Assembly (NCBI GenBank): GCA_036172245.1
Contig: JAYWIR010000009.1
Location: 3,286,001 to 3,350,000 of the forward strand
DNA: 64,000 nt
DNA from: Raillietiella orientalis
Lineage: Eukaryota
Direction: 5' to 3'
Positions within the stretch are counted from its first letter, which is position 1. Each line of letters opens with the position of its first letter. This document shows, piece after piece, positions 25,051 through 37,949 of the stretch. The position numbers were made by a program, and so were the translations under genes. The notes under the pieces are model-generated. The model made no database searches and was not told where the DNA came from. It was given only the letters and a program-made list of their open reading frames with translations.

Positions 25051-26759
25051 TCCTTCCTAGCGCTGCAGCAGCAGAGGTGAGGGGGAGCGAGCTGGAATGC
25101 AGCGCCGGAGGACGAAGAAGAGCCGTCCGCGCGAGGTGGTGAGGAACACGCACGTGCTGCGGCGTAAGGCCAAGATGGCCCGCTAGATGGTAGGCACACC
25201 GCCTCCCGCAAGGACAGGCGCTGCTGGCGCGGGACGGGGGGAGGGGGGAGGCCGCGAAGGCGTCGGAAAGGTTTTCTTCCGGCAGATGCGGACCTCCTTC
25301 CTCCCGGATTCCCTGCCGCGGGCATCTGCCGACGGGGAGGGAGGGGGGGGGGAGTAGGGTGGCTGGGAACCGTCCCGTCCCCTTTTCCGAGCCTCTCCGT
25401 ACTCGTCAGCGCAGACTCACCCTCCGACCCGCCAGGCCCGCCAGCTCGCTGCGGACTGCGCGCGCGCGACGCGGGAGGCTCTCATCTCCCGACCCATCGA
25501 CGAACCTGCGCGGACAAAAGCGAGGAGCCAATAGGAACGCGGAGCGCGAGCACCGGATCGGCCAATTGATCCGCGCGAGGGGGACGTGTGAGACGGGGCT
25601 TCCTGGGCGCTGCCATTAGGGAAAGCCTGCCCCCCCCCTCCCCTCCCCTCCCTCACAGCTCGGCCCCCTTCACTTCCGAAAGCAAAGATGGTTCTGCTGC
25701 TGCGGCTGCGGCAACGGGACTTTCCGGACGCACCCATCCCGGGAGAAGGGGGGGGGGAGCCGCCGCCGCCCGATTCCGTTCGCATCCGCGCCTCCTCTCG
25801 GATGAAGGCGGACATGTGTTTGCGATCGATAAATCACCGCCGCGCAGGCCAGTCGACAATGCGGGCGGGCGATGACGTGTGGAGTGGAAGGGAGAGGTGG
25901 AGAGCAGGGGGGGGGGAAGCAAACAAACTGCGCCCCCCTGCGCCGCCGCGGGAGCGACCGAGGGCGTTCCAAAGCTCCCACGCCGAACTGCTCGGGTTGG
26001 ATGGAATCGTTGGGAAATGAATCCAAAGACACCCCCCCCCCCCACGCGCGCATCCCCCCTCCCCCCCCCCCCAAAGAAAAACAATACAAAAATTCACGGT
26101 CGATATCTTTCAAGCAACCACCGTACACGTTGTGAAAAACGGATTTTCTGCTCACGTGGTCCGCATCGGCGTGACGCGTGCCGAGCAGCGAATGGAAAGG
26201 AAAAAGGAAAACACACACACACACACGAAAGCTAAACCGTGCCTTACCGAACACTCGTAACGGAGTGAAGACGAGGTGAGGATCCGCGAAAGCGAGCGCG
26301 AGGAACGATAGAGGGGGGGGGAAGATCTTGGCAGGATAGCAGCGCGTAGAGGAGCGTGCGCTACGAAGACTTCGGGGCTCCTTCCCGCTGCCGACGCGCG
26401 GCCGGAGCGACACCCGGGTGCGCCCCCGGTGGAGCGGGAGCCCTGCCGCCTCCGGAGACCGAAGAAGAAGAAGAGGGGAACCGCCGCGACGTGGAAACTG
26501 CTCCGCTTGCCGGCACCGAAAGCGGCTGCTGGGCCCGAGCCGAGCCGAACCTGGGTTTCCCGCGGGAAACGCGGAGCAGCCCGGACGGGTCAGTTTCGCT
26601 CACGCCGCTGCTCGGAAAACGTGCCCGCTCCGGGTCTCGCCCTCTTCCTTCCCGAGGAGGAAGGACCTTCCGGTGACCGCCAGCGTGCTGGCACGTGGAG
26701 GGGGGCCGCCAGCACGGAGGCAACCGACCAACCCCCTGCCTTCTTCCGCGCAGCTACCG

Positions 26760-26990
26760 AGGGGACTCCATCGGGCAGTCGGAGGGCCCCTTCTTGTGGT
26801 CGCTGCTCGCTCGTGAATCTCCGAGAGGTGGTCAAGGAGCACAGCCGGTGGCTATCCCCCGGGATGGTCAGTCCACTTCGCACGTGCAACGAGAGACAGT
26901 AGATCGGTTCGGTGTGACCCCAGAAGCCGTACTCGCTGGATGGAAGCGACACGGCCGTTCCTCTTTCCGCTGTCCTCAGGACGTCAGGGA
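26760..26990 (+). mobile_element. Probable zf-RVT remnant
   Basis: LREVV...TCNE/RETVD...VLAGW resembles C..ET..H...C...W with one frameshift. Confidence 0.3.
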
Positions 26991-27470
26991 GAGCGAGCGG
27001 AGATTTTTCCTCCTCGTCGTCACCTCCTTCTTCCTTTCCGACGTCTTCGTCGTCGTCTTCTCTATCGTGTTCTTCGTCGCCCTCCGCGTCATCGTCTTTG
27101 TGGTTCTCAGTGTCGGCTACTCCGCCGTTGTCTCCAAGGTTGTCGTCCCCGTGCTCTTCTCGGTCGTTGTTGGCACCACCTGCTCCTCCGCGACCTTCGG
27201 CGTCGCGTTCTTCCTTGTCTTCGCCGTCTGCTGCGTCGTCGTCACCTTCTTGTTCTCATTCTTCGTCGTCGCCTTCGCGGTCGTTGCAGCGTTTCATCGT
27301 CGCCATCTTCGTTGTCACCTTCTGATTCTTCGTCGCCGTCTTTTCCATGGACTGGGTCGACCACTCAGCTGCTGCCACCTCGTTGCTCCTTCGTCACCCC
27401 CACTTTCCTCTTTACTTTCTCTTCCTTCTACCTTCCTCTCCTCCTCCCCCTCCTCTTCCTCCTCAAGGGT
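26990..27470. repeat. Low-complexity TCG/TCT/TCC tract (GAC/GAA/GAG on -)
   Basis: Cryptic trinucleotide tract. It reads Asp/Glu-rich on -, but with frameshifts and a TGA at ~27257. Confidence 0.75.
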
Positions 27471-27549
27471 AGTGCCAACAGAATGAGGGAGGTGACGAGC
27501 AGCTGACCAGTCACTGACGACGGGGGACCTCCGGAAAGGGCGACCGGAG

Positions 27550-29000
27550 GGGTGGCTGCGACGAGGGGAGTTTCGGTTGCCATCGCCACGGGGAGCGCTC
27601 TTCGCCCGCTGACCAGGGAGGGAGGAAAGAAAGGAAATCCCAGCGCTGCCCCCGCCCCTCGAAAGAAATGGGCCGGATGGGCTTCACTTCGAAGGGGGGG
27701 AGCAAAACGCTCCGCCCTCGCCTCCTGCGCCGTCTGCCTCGGCGTGGGGCGGCGCCGCCGGCTGAGGGATGGCTCCGGCGTGCATTTCCAAAGAGGACGG
27801 CCGGGAGGCGGCTGCTCCGGGGCGCGCGGAGACCCAGCAGGTGAGATCCGGAGGCGGTGGCCTTTCCACACGGCGCCGTTGGCTCCTTGAGCTTCCGGAC
27901 CCGTGCTTCCTGTATGGAAGAACGGGGAGGGGAACCAGGGACGGACGAGTCCCTTCCTTCGTTCCTCCTAACCCTGCTTGGTTGCCCGGCGATGGCGCCT
28001 CCCTGTCTCGCGAGAGCACGCGCCACCAGCGCATCTCCGGCGAGGGAAAGAGGCACTTCCGGATCCACGGAGAGTTTCTGACGTCTCCGTCGCGCGCGGA
28101 GATCGTTCTCGGGGACCATGGCGGTTTCCTCGACGACCTGCCGAGCGCCAGGTCCCGGGAACTGGGAAAGTTGTGATCGGTAGGATGCCGAGGGGGATGA
28201 GGTGCTCTCGAGGTGGCGCCGGCGCTGCTTCGGCCGGTGGACGCGCCCTGCTCCGCTCCTCCTCCCCTGCCCGAGTCCCCGGGAGGACCGGGCGAAAGGG
28301 CGCGGGATGGGACGCCACTCTTCCCCCACGACCTCTCATTCGAGGGCGCTCGCAGGCCGGGACGCATTGCCTCCGGCAACCTTCTGCTCCGGGGAGGTGG
28401 CGCTAATCTCAGGATGAAGGGAGCTGCTCCAGAGGTTGATCGAGACTGAGCCAGCTCCCCCTCCCATTCCTTCCTCCCGACCTCGCGTTTCCGCATCTTC
28501 GGCAGGATGTCCGTGGGCAGATCCCCACACAGACTTCAGGACGGACCCACGAGCTTGGAAGGCCCCCTGCCGACTCCCAAGAGGCTGCCTACTTCCGGTC
28601 GCCTCGACGCCGCGCGCTCCGCACAGAACGGTCCAGAAGGCTGGAGGCTACTGCTGCAGGTGGACGGCGTCTCTCCAGGAACCCGCGGCCCCGAAAACTT
28701 GTTCGGAAGCCCGTCGTTGCCCGCGGCATCATTTCGCCCTCTTCCGCGGAGAAAAGCTGGCGTCATCTCGTCTGGGGACGGCCCCCCGTTCGCAAGGAGC
28801 AGGTGCGTTAGTAACCTGGCGTTGACTCCTCGGGAAAGGGGGGCTCCCGCCGAAGAAAGCGAAGGCCGAAGAAACGAAACCCACGGGAACAATCCGGACC
28901 GGCGGCGGGATGGCGCCAGTCCGGGAAAAGATGGCGGGAGTGAAAAATCCCGCCACCCTCCGCTGACACAAACTCAAAAAGGAATAGCTGCTGCCATTTC
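27550..29000 (-). mobile_element. Degenerate LINE ORF2 (RT N-terminal region)
   Basis: EMRWWRVLSRDREAPSPG (eEv..al...ksPG, ~28030-27985), then LPVLPYRKHG...VERPP (RT1). Confidence 0.4.
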
Positions 29001-29149
29001 GCCACTTGACCCATCCTGCCACTGGGCTCGAAGGACCAGGTGTCACTAGTCCGCGGTGACGTCTCTTCACCATGCCCCAAGCCTCCTAGGGAACCCGGCC
29101 GTTTCTTTGTGCGGTCCATGCTTGCCAGCGTCGCGCCCCTCTCACCTTC

Positions 29150-29560
29150 AAATCCGTCAAATTCCTGAATTCAAGGTAAAGTTGAAGACGATTCAAACAG
29201 TGAATTTACGAAACATTCAACATTAAATTCAAGGAAAAATTCAAAATGATTCAAACCTTCAATTCAAGATGATTCGATATGAAATTCAAGATAAAATGGA
29301 GGATGCTTCAAACATTGAATTCAAGAGGATTGAACATTAAATTGAACATGTTATCAGCATCCTGTGCAGAAAACTCCAACAATGTAGCGACTGATCTATA
29401 AATAAACGTGGACGCATCCGGAAAAGTAGGCTACAGTGCTGCCAGACTCCCACGATAAGAAACATCAAATTCGAAATTCAATTCAAGATGACTCAAACAT
29501 TAAATTCAAGATGGTTCGGCATCAGATTCAAAATGATTCAAACATTGAATTCAGGATTAT
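29150..29560. repeat. AT-rich degenerate minisatellite, ~22-bp unit ATTCAAGATGATTCAAACATT(A/G)A, interrupted by ~110 bp of unique sequence
   Basis: Repeated AATTCAAG/ATTCAAAC motifs including TTGAATTCAA palindromes. The same repeat occurs at 42980-43095. Confidence 0.85.
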
Positions 29561-30547
29561 CCAGTGTCACAAAGGCGCTCGTTAATGGTTCATCATATGG
29601 TGCGAAACTCTCAGCAAAGCGTTTTCGACATCATGTTCCGTGGCAGCTCAAACCACTGCAAATGGGCACTTTTGCAGGAGAACGAAGCCACTCGAACAAT
29701 CGGACGACGATTACCGGAACGAGAGGCGAAAACAAAACGACCGAGGTGAGGCGGTTAAGGTCCATTATTATCTCTTCTTCCAAGTTTCAGCGTGTTCCTC
29801 CACCGGACCGGTGCTTTCTTTCTTTTCTGTTTTTTGCTTCCCTCCCCCGCCATCCCTCCGGAAATCTTCCCATCTTCCCGTGCACCTCGCCGCGGTTCCG
29901 CTCCCGGCACCGGCCGCTCGCGGGGAGTCCAGGCGCCGGTGCTCTGTCGGTTACCACGATTGGCATCCCCGGTCACCTGGCGTGTCCCGTCCACACCACC
30001 CACCGCTCTGCAGCTCCTCCTTGCGGAAGAATCGACGAAGGAACTCGCAAACTGCTCCTTCTGGGCGAGCGGAACGTTCGATGAGGACGCCGCTCCGGAG
30101 AGCTTGGACAGCGCCCGGCTCACCAGATGGTTCTCCTCCGGCAGCGATGCGTGAGGACGACGAAGCAGCGCCGTGTCCTCCTCACGCCTCGCATCCTGAA
30201 AGCAGGACGCGTCCGTCGTCCTGAAGGGAGCGCGGCGAAGGCAGCGATTTGTCACGCCGGGCGGCGGCCATCAACCGGTCATCAATTACCGCGAAAGCAT
30301 CCGTCCGCAGCATCCGTGGTGCTGGACCACAGATGCTCCCGACTTTGCGCTGCCTTTTACTCCTGACTTTGTGGTGGTTGTTCTGCGGGAGGCGCTCGAA
30401 AGCACGCGCGCCCCGCGCGTGCCGAACATCCAAGTTGCCCGGTGCCGCCGCTGTGCAGCAGGCGGCGTGCGGATGGGGGGGATGGGGGAGGCAGGGAGGT
30501 CTCCCCCAACCCACGCGGAAAGATGGAAGCGAAGCGCAGTGAACATG
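29376..30547 (+). repeat. Direct repeat copy A (partner 42891-44096)
   Basis: 29566-30547 (982 bp) matches 43114-44096 (983 bp) apart from a 1-bp indel, two substitutions and a CCC/GGG swap. 29376-29565 matches 42891-43113 more loosely. Confidence 0.97.
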
Positions 30548-30780
30548 CGATACGGAGGCGACCTGGGGCGAGATGAAGGATGGAAGCAGTCGAAGGGTCA
30601 GATCGGATGGGGTGATCCTCTCGTGGACGCGACGGTTCCATAAAATCCGAGTCTCGTCCACGTCGGAGTCAATTGGATTTTCATCGCATCCGGAACCATC
30701 CGCAACCGCATCCGGAACGGCGCCCATCTCTTCCAAGAAGATGCTCGCTCTCGTTCCCGGCAGGATCGCCTCTCTTCATC
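30548..30780 (-). mobile_element. Tx1-type ORF1 remnant continuing into repeat copy A
   Basis: RILWNRRVHER...LLPSFISP resembles the Tx1 ORF1 NG.R...lPsfi motif. Confidence 0.35.
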
Positions 30781-31049
30781 GAGAGCAGCACGCAATGAGG
30801 AGAGCAAAATGCCAATACGAAATTACATTTCTCGTAAACACACACTTACGCCCATATGCCCGTAAAGACATACATACAAGTATTCACAGACAATACATAA
30901 AGATATATTTTTACAGATGATTAACTTTATACTTAAAATGACCTTGCGCTTCGTTTCTTTCCGCTGTGCCTGAAGAACATGAGGATAGCGAGTATTTTTT
31001 TCTGCATCCTTCCAATCTGGTCCTCATCTTGATTCGAATGTGGGTGATC

Positions 31050-31830
31050 GCACCTTACATCCTGGTGCCAGATGTTGAAGGCACCGTATGTGAAGTAGTG
31101 GGATGGAGGAATATTTCTCATGCTGGAACGTCACCTACGTGAGCTCGCGGCGTGGAGGACTTCCAGGGATCGAGGGAGAGCTCCCTGAATGCTTGGGAAC
31201 ACGGTTTCCAGTGATGCAGTGGATAAGAAACGCTGTGCGGTTCCAGCTGGAAGATACGAGTTTGGTTCCTCTTAACAACTGCCGCCTTACAGAGGATGCT
31301 CGCATCTCTGTTACTGCATCGGCGCGGAAGGATTGTGGAAGATGCAGAAAACATTCGGTTCTGATGGTCTGTAATTCCAAGTGTTCGCAGCGTGGAGTGA
31401 CCTTGCGAAGTTCGCACGGGAAACTTATCGCAAGGAAAACGCGTGGCGCTTGGAAGGGAAGTTCTGAGGAAGCAATTGCAAGGAACTTTCGCTAATGGGA
31501 ATGACGTAAGGGGCGCGGAGCGGGCGCGCTTCCGACATGGCCGCCGCATTGCTGGAACGTGTCCACTTCTGGCCTGTGCGAGATCGGTGGACGTATCGGG
31601 AATCGTCCATCCCACGGCCAAACTGCTCAAAGAGATACGGGAAATTCAAAAACTCGAAGAAGCGCTTGAGAAGTTGAGAGAGCGCACGTTTGCCGGACGA
31701 AACACCTGCACGTCCTTGCGCCACATGGAAGAGCAAATGGGCGCTCAGCAGCAGTCACCATGGAATGCCATGCTGCGCAGTATGGAATGGGAATCAGAAA
31801 AAGATGCCGACGGGACAACCGGAGACTCAG
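31050..31830 (+). mobile_element. Possible RTE-type LINE C-terminal remnant
   Basis: RRIAGTCP (rl..aGH) and RTFAGRNTCTSLRHMEEQM...W...RSMEW (R..GRp..tW...dR..W). Confidence 0.3.
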
Positions 31831-32049
31831 GTTAAGTACCGTGAACGTCCTTTTGTTCTTCCGATGTCTGCCGACCCTTCCGGGCTGCGAGCGCACGAGA
31901 TCAAAAGGCGCGAAAAGTCGAACTCTTTTTTTTCTTTTTTTGAAAGCCTTACAGAATGACTGGCGGATTGTCACGGCGCCCCCGAAAGCAGTTCTGAACT
32001 TGCACGATTTCCCGTTTTCGCCTTCAGCGCTTCCCGGTTCCTGCTCTTC

Positions 32050-32750
32050 GTCCGCCCCGTGGCGCGATGCGTGTAGTCTGCCCGCCCCGTGGCGCAGGTA
32101 CGAGACGGTGCCGCGAGCCGCAGCCTGCGAGGAACGCGGAGCCAACCGCGACCGCGGTCCCCTCGCGGTTCGGGATACGGGAGCGCATCCCGGACTACAC
32201 CGGGATCCATCTTTCGTCCTGCAGAACCGGGCGGGGGGGGGGAGTTTCGCGGGGAGCATGCGAGCAGCCTGCCGCTCTTTGATCTTAGCCGAAATGGCCG
32301 ACGAAAGAGCTTGCCTGCTGGAGGGACCGCCGCATCCTTGTCAGCACTGTCGATCCAAGACGCGTCCCGCTGTGGTGTTTTTCGATCTCCTTCGGCAGGA
32401 ACTCGAGAGCCGCTCCGGTTCCCCTCCGGGATCTCAGATGCTCCGAACGAAGCGCTCTCCTTCCTCGGCGAGGAGAGCTCGGCGCAGTCGCGGTAGCAGG
32501 AAGCCGGCGTTGAGCAGAGGGCAGGCTCTCGATATGCGGTGGGCGGCTGCCCCGCCCCGGCCGTGGTCCCTGTCAGATCGCAGGCGGAGCGCGCGCCTCG
32601 GGAATTTTCGGGACAAAGCAGCTGCAGCGCTCTGCGAACGCCGGCAAAGTTCCCCCTCACCGCGAGTGAAACCTCTACCAGGAAGGAGTTCCGAGCGCAG
32701 CCGAACCGTATCCCTGGTTGCTTCCAACCGTGAGAGGGGGACGAAGGACT
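32050..32750 (-). mobile_element. Possible LINE RT remnant
   Basis: RQC*QGCGGPS (GVRQGCPLS-like, ~32340); weak flanking motifs. Confidence 0.25.
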
Positions 32751-33049
32751 CATTAAAGACGCCGCCAGGGTTTTTTTTTTTCTTCTCTCCCGCCCATCCG
32801 TGAGAGGGAGCTGCACTCTTTTCCCGAACCAGTCTTCCCGATCGAGCAGACGAAAGCAACGACTCCGAGACCACCAGCCGGCTCTTGGTCTCCGGCGCCT
32901 GCAAGCGCCGAAACACCGCTCGCATGGCTCCAGACAGCAGACCATCAGCGACATTCTTCCCGCCAAAGCGCAAAGTCTGTGCATACAAGAATTTAGAAAA
33001 CAAAAACAAAACAGGCAGGCATAAAGAAGTGGAGGGATGCTTTTCCACC

Positions 33050-35580
33050 ACCTTCTTCGCTTCTCTCTTCCCTCTAACTTGTGCAGTTTCTGTAAGGTAT
33101 TAGATCATAGGCAGTGACTCACTGGATGCTTCCAGTACACATCACGGGAACACTGCATTGTCGAGCACACCACCTCTTTTCTGATGTGCTTCTTCCGAGT
33201 TTCTCACGAGTTTTCAGCATCCCTGGTATTTCATCGTTTCTCGAATCCCAAGATCTCAGAGCTGCTGCCGCGATTGTTCTCCCGATACCTCCCTGAAGGT
33301 GATGTGGAGAGCGAATCCTTGACACCTGCTCTCCTCCTCCTGCCCTGCCTCTCCCGATGATGAGTACTCAACCAAAGAGGCAAGGTGGTATCAAAGTGTA
33401 GTGTTCTCAGGGGCAAGGGATGCCCAGTACGATCACCTCCCCTTCGCCCTGGATCTGTCTTCAGCTTCGAGACCACCGACTCCTAGTGCTTCAGGGTAGC
33501 CCCTGCTCCCTTAGGTCACCAGCTCGTCGTGCGTCTCCTTGATCATTGCCTAGTTGCATCGTGCACCCTCCACGCTTTATGTCCCGGAGACCAGAGTCAT
33601 CACCGATAGGCGATCCAGAGGCAGAGGCAGAAGGTCGAGTCGCGCTGCCATGAATGAATCCTCCCCGGTCTGTGAATTGCAGTCGCTCTCTGCTAGACGG
33701 GAAAGGTCTGATGTTGCATTTGTCAGCACCGAGGCCGGAGCATTCCGGAAGCTGCAGGTTCCGGAGTAGCTCCAGTACCGCTCCGAGTGAGCAAAAGGAC
33801 GGCAGTATTCTTCCCGTGAAAGCATCTGACTCGCGGACAGGTCTTTTATCTTAGTGACGCACGCGAAATTCCCCGAAATTCCCCGTCAATGGTCCTGTGG
33901 GCGAATCTCCGCCCGAGGACTTCCTTTTCGTATGAGACCCGGCTCCTCTTTTCCCTTGGAAGGGGTCGGATTTCCGAAAGCCTTGATCTAGGAGACCCTT
34001 CAGAAGGGTCGGTGTTCCTTCCTCCGATTGTCGAGCTCCGACTTGCCGATTAGACGAGGACGGGTGAAGACGGGACATGAGAAAGCATTTCCGCCGGGAG
34101 CCCAAGGCAATAATGGGCGTCTTCCGAGTGACCACGATGAGCAGCTCCATGCATTGTTCCTCCCGTCTAATGGCATCGACGCCTAGGGCGTCAGCTCTTT
34201 GCCTCTACCCGTGAGTCGATTGTGGAGGACCTCTGGATTAGGCCGACCACGTGCTCCCCGCAATGCTTTCCGATTCCTCGGGCAATTCGCGGACTTCCGC
34301 CTGACGTCGTCAATCTTTACCTCCTCGTCTTCCCCCCACGAATAACACGGAAAAAACGAGCTTTCCCAGCATCCCCAGGCAGATGTTTTCGTGATGGATG
34401 GAAGCCGGCAGTGCATCCATCTCCCAGCGAAGCCAAGCTTGTAGCAGGCCGAGACGGTGGTCTGCTGCTGTGAACCAAACTAAGGAAACCGCAGGTGTGG
34501 GGTGGGCGTCTTCGCGACTTCAGATACGGCTCCCTGATCGAGCGCAGTCGTGATGCTATGCCTGACCATTCCCGAACTTCACCAAAGGATGACCCCTCCG
34601 ATACCCGATGCCCCCAAATCGCCCCCTCCCCCCTTTTTGGCCGGTGTCCCCCATTAAGAAGCCTTCTGTTATTCACATTGACCAATTGGGTTTTGAAGTC
34701 GGTGCTGCTATGGTCACTTGATCGGCTCCACCATTCCTCACTATTCCTTCCGCCACATTCGTAAAATTCCACAGCGGAAGCCACGCTCTCGGTCCAGGGC
34801 TCGAGTGGCCCATCTTTGATTACGAAAGCTTCGAGCCTCCTTAAGGTTTTTGGATGCGTTTTTTTTTTTTTCTCTCTCTCTCTTTCTCTTCTTCAGTCGC
34901 ATCTTGCCGCTTCCTCTCTTCTTCCTCAACTGAATGAGACATCTACACGCAAAACCAACACGTCTGCACAGAACCACGCGGCTGGCGACCGCAGGACACG
35001 CAAACCTTTTTCTTGTGGCAGCAAGCATGCGTGCATTTCTCCCTGGAGAGAATAAGGAAGATGGCGCTTAGTTTGCAGAGGAAGAAGGAAGATTCGAGGT
35101 TTCTCCTAGCAGCCGCACATGCCTGTTGGTCCCGGACTCCTTGTCAGAAAACTTCCCTCCCATATCAATAGAAAGGTCAAAGGAGCGCCTTTCATCCTCA
35201 GAAGTAGAAAGCTAACTGAAGGCACCGACGAAACCCCATAAATCATCCAGCCATCCACTGATGAGTCGCCTTTGCATCTCAGCTGCTGCTGAGGTGAAAA
35301 GATGACTGTCTCCGTCAGCACCATCCGATCACTTCGTTTTCATCGTCTCGAAACGACACGAAACGACGTCGAGATGATGGAGGTTTGGCTCCGAGTTAAG
35401 AAGAGCATCACCACAGCCTCCGTGGAAACCCTGCATTGCGCGGTGCAGACGAAGGAAAGCTGCGAGAACCATAGTGAGGAGGACCTGTCTGGATGAAATG
35501 TGAGATCGTGGGGTCCAAAACAATCCAGAAAAACACGATAAAAGAAGCACACACTCGGAAAGTGTTCTGGAATTCCCAAG
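33050..35580 (-). mobile_element. Degenerate Ty3/gypsy pol (PR end-RT-RNase H-INT)
   Basis: In gypsy order: MIYGVSSVPSVSFLLLRMKG (RT start, ~35240), EVKIDDV...PRNRKALRG (~34320-34250), KTPIIAL...QVGA (~34120-34040), VLTNA...AARL (RNase H, ~33720-33640), PGMLKTREKL...C..C (INT HHCC, ~33225-33140). Confidence 0.6.
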
Positions 35581-37949
35581 ATGAGTAAAGGACATTGGCA
35601 CTGGCATTAATAATAATAATAATAATAATAAGGAACCTGAAAAAGCAAAGGAAACCCGCTCAATGTGCTGTGGCAACTTGAGCGATAAACAGTCCGTATC
35701 TGAGAGATTTATTTGCTACCGAATAATTTATTTTACGTAAAATCTTCCTAAAGCTTACTAAATTTAGAAATGAAGAGCATTCTTCCCTCAAGGAAAGCCG
35801 TGCTTAAAGACTGACGGCGTCAAAACGTCCAAAAGGACATCACAACTGTCACAAGGGATTTGTATTCCTCAACAACCTGATGGGAAACGAGCGCTCATGA
35901 ATGAGCGAGGCGACGGACCACTGCCATCTGCCGTTCCAGGAGGCAACCAAATTCGCCGTGTACAACTCGGAATTCAAATGTACTCAACGCGCGCGCATGC
36001 CGGACCGGCGAACCCTGTTCACGGTGAAAACACTGGACAGGGATGCTGCGAACCTCCGGACATTCCCAGAGAGCTTACTAGTCAGCGCGCGGATCGCAAA
36101 TTTAGAATCGGCTGTCTCCACAATACGGAGAAATCTACGCCAGTTTGCAGTTTGCACGCTCGCCGTATTTTTATTTTTTTCAAAAAAAAAAAAAAGGGAA
36201 AACCGGTGTACAGCTGGAAGATGTAATTTACAAAGGGATGCTCCTTACGATGTGGCGGAATCACGGTAATGGCGCGAGTTACACACGACTGAAAACATCG
36301 CCGATCGGCACTCTGGATGCTGCAGATAAAAGAGAAGAACTGGTCTAAATGAACTCTGATAACGAGCTGATGCATTCGGGGAGCTGCAAGGACGCGCCAC
36401 TCGCCCAGCATTCCCTCTCCTTTGCAATTATCCGTAGTGTCCTACCGATTTGGGTGACCAATGAATACGTATGAGTCGGAAACACGCTTTCCAAATTTCT
36501 ATGAGAAATCACGAGTCTAATGATACGACTCCAATCCAATTATCATGACAGACCCAGAATGCAATATGATAGATTCTTTCAGATTAAGCAATTTCCAGTT
36601 CTGACTGTGATCGAAATCAACAACGGACTTGAAAGAGAAGGAAATATCGAGGGGAGGGCAGGAGGAATGGATGAAAGACAGAAAGAGGATAGTTCAAACA
36701 AAAATATCTTGACGCGAGGATGGAAAAGTATTTAGACGTATTAAGCAAAATAGAGCTTATGGAACACCCAGCTACTCAGATACTGCAGAAGGCAAACTCG
36801 ATTAGATTGCTCATCAGATCCGATCGCTGCTGCCATGTGGAAATCTGAAAATCTAAGCTGGGGCTATTAGGAAATACGAGAAAACGCCTAAGGGCACAGG
36901 ACACTCGCGCTGAGGAAAAAAAAAAAAACAAAACGCCGAATACACAAAGAAACGGTAGAGATGATGAATGCATAAACGATCAGCACTGGATGTGGCCGCC
37001 ACCTTTTGCAGACATCCCTACTCCTTCGAGCTGCCCTCCTCGCCCACCCCTTCGAGCTGCCCTCTGACAACTAAAAGCATCGTGTGTGTGTGTGTGTAAA
37101 ACTCGTTGGACCCTCTGTTTCAACGGTAATTTTCAGATCACCAGGTGCTGCGTATTTCTTGTGCCACCGAAGTAATAGATGTTGCGTGATAGATGTTGTT
37201 GTTATTTTTAAAGCGAATTATCGATTTGCAGAAAACATGTACGTAATACACATATCACAGTGAGATTCAATTAGTCAATAGCTATCACATCGTCTTTCGT
37301 TTTATCAAAGCATTTCGCATGAAACGGTGGTGAGCATCGACCACCCTTTCAGCATGCGTTACTTCATTTGGCACACTTTCGATTTCCTTTGCAAAACGGA
37401 AAAGGCATCGAGGAGCCTCCAAATGGAATGCTGACGCTCGTTTTTTTACCGAGATCGCGTACCAGGTGAAGTGGGAGCCCCAGTACTCTTGCAAAAAACC
37501 ATCTTCGTTCTGCCTGCCTGCCGGCAGTTACTCTGTCTTAAGACGGGATCCATCATGCGCTGCTCCCGGAAGGGGCGATTCCTGGGGGAAGAAACGGGAG
37601 AACAGCTCCTGAGACGCCTTGGACGTTCCGGTAATCGAGAACCGTAAGCGGACGAAAGACTTTTCCCCTCTTTTGGCGGCACACGAAAGGACAGGAGCCA
37701 CCGTTCGAACGCAAACCGCTGCTTCGGGAGCCTCGAACTTCGATACGCCACGTGTTTTACCGGATCAGTGGCCGCTTGGTGCAATCCGTCTCTTAGCAGC
37801 CTTCCGAATTACGTGCACTGGAGGGTGCGTGGTTAAGCACGAATAGGACGAAACACGAAATAGTGTACAGGCAGGAAAACTCATCGGCGACAAGAGGCAA
37901 GAAGCGCGTTTTGACAAAATGAAAGGAACGGTGCATTCCGTGTGGATAG

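Noticed and set aside
26650..27330. AAMP/WD40-like protein on - (acidic stretch + FWGHTEPIYCLSL)
   Set aside because: The acidic part is frameshifted simple sequence with a stop, there is no WD ending or splice support, and the + strand reads as a zf-RVT remnant. A WD40 HMM hit would revive it.
26695..27486. Val/Phe-rich multi-pass membrane protein ORF
   Set aside because: Translation artefact of the TCG/TCT low-complexity tract.
35226..35268. Type II hammerhead-like CGAC-GAAA...CTGATGA-GTCG
   Set aside because: Stems I and III cannot form and there is no NUH site in context; it lies inside a gypsy RT remnant.
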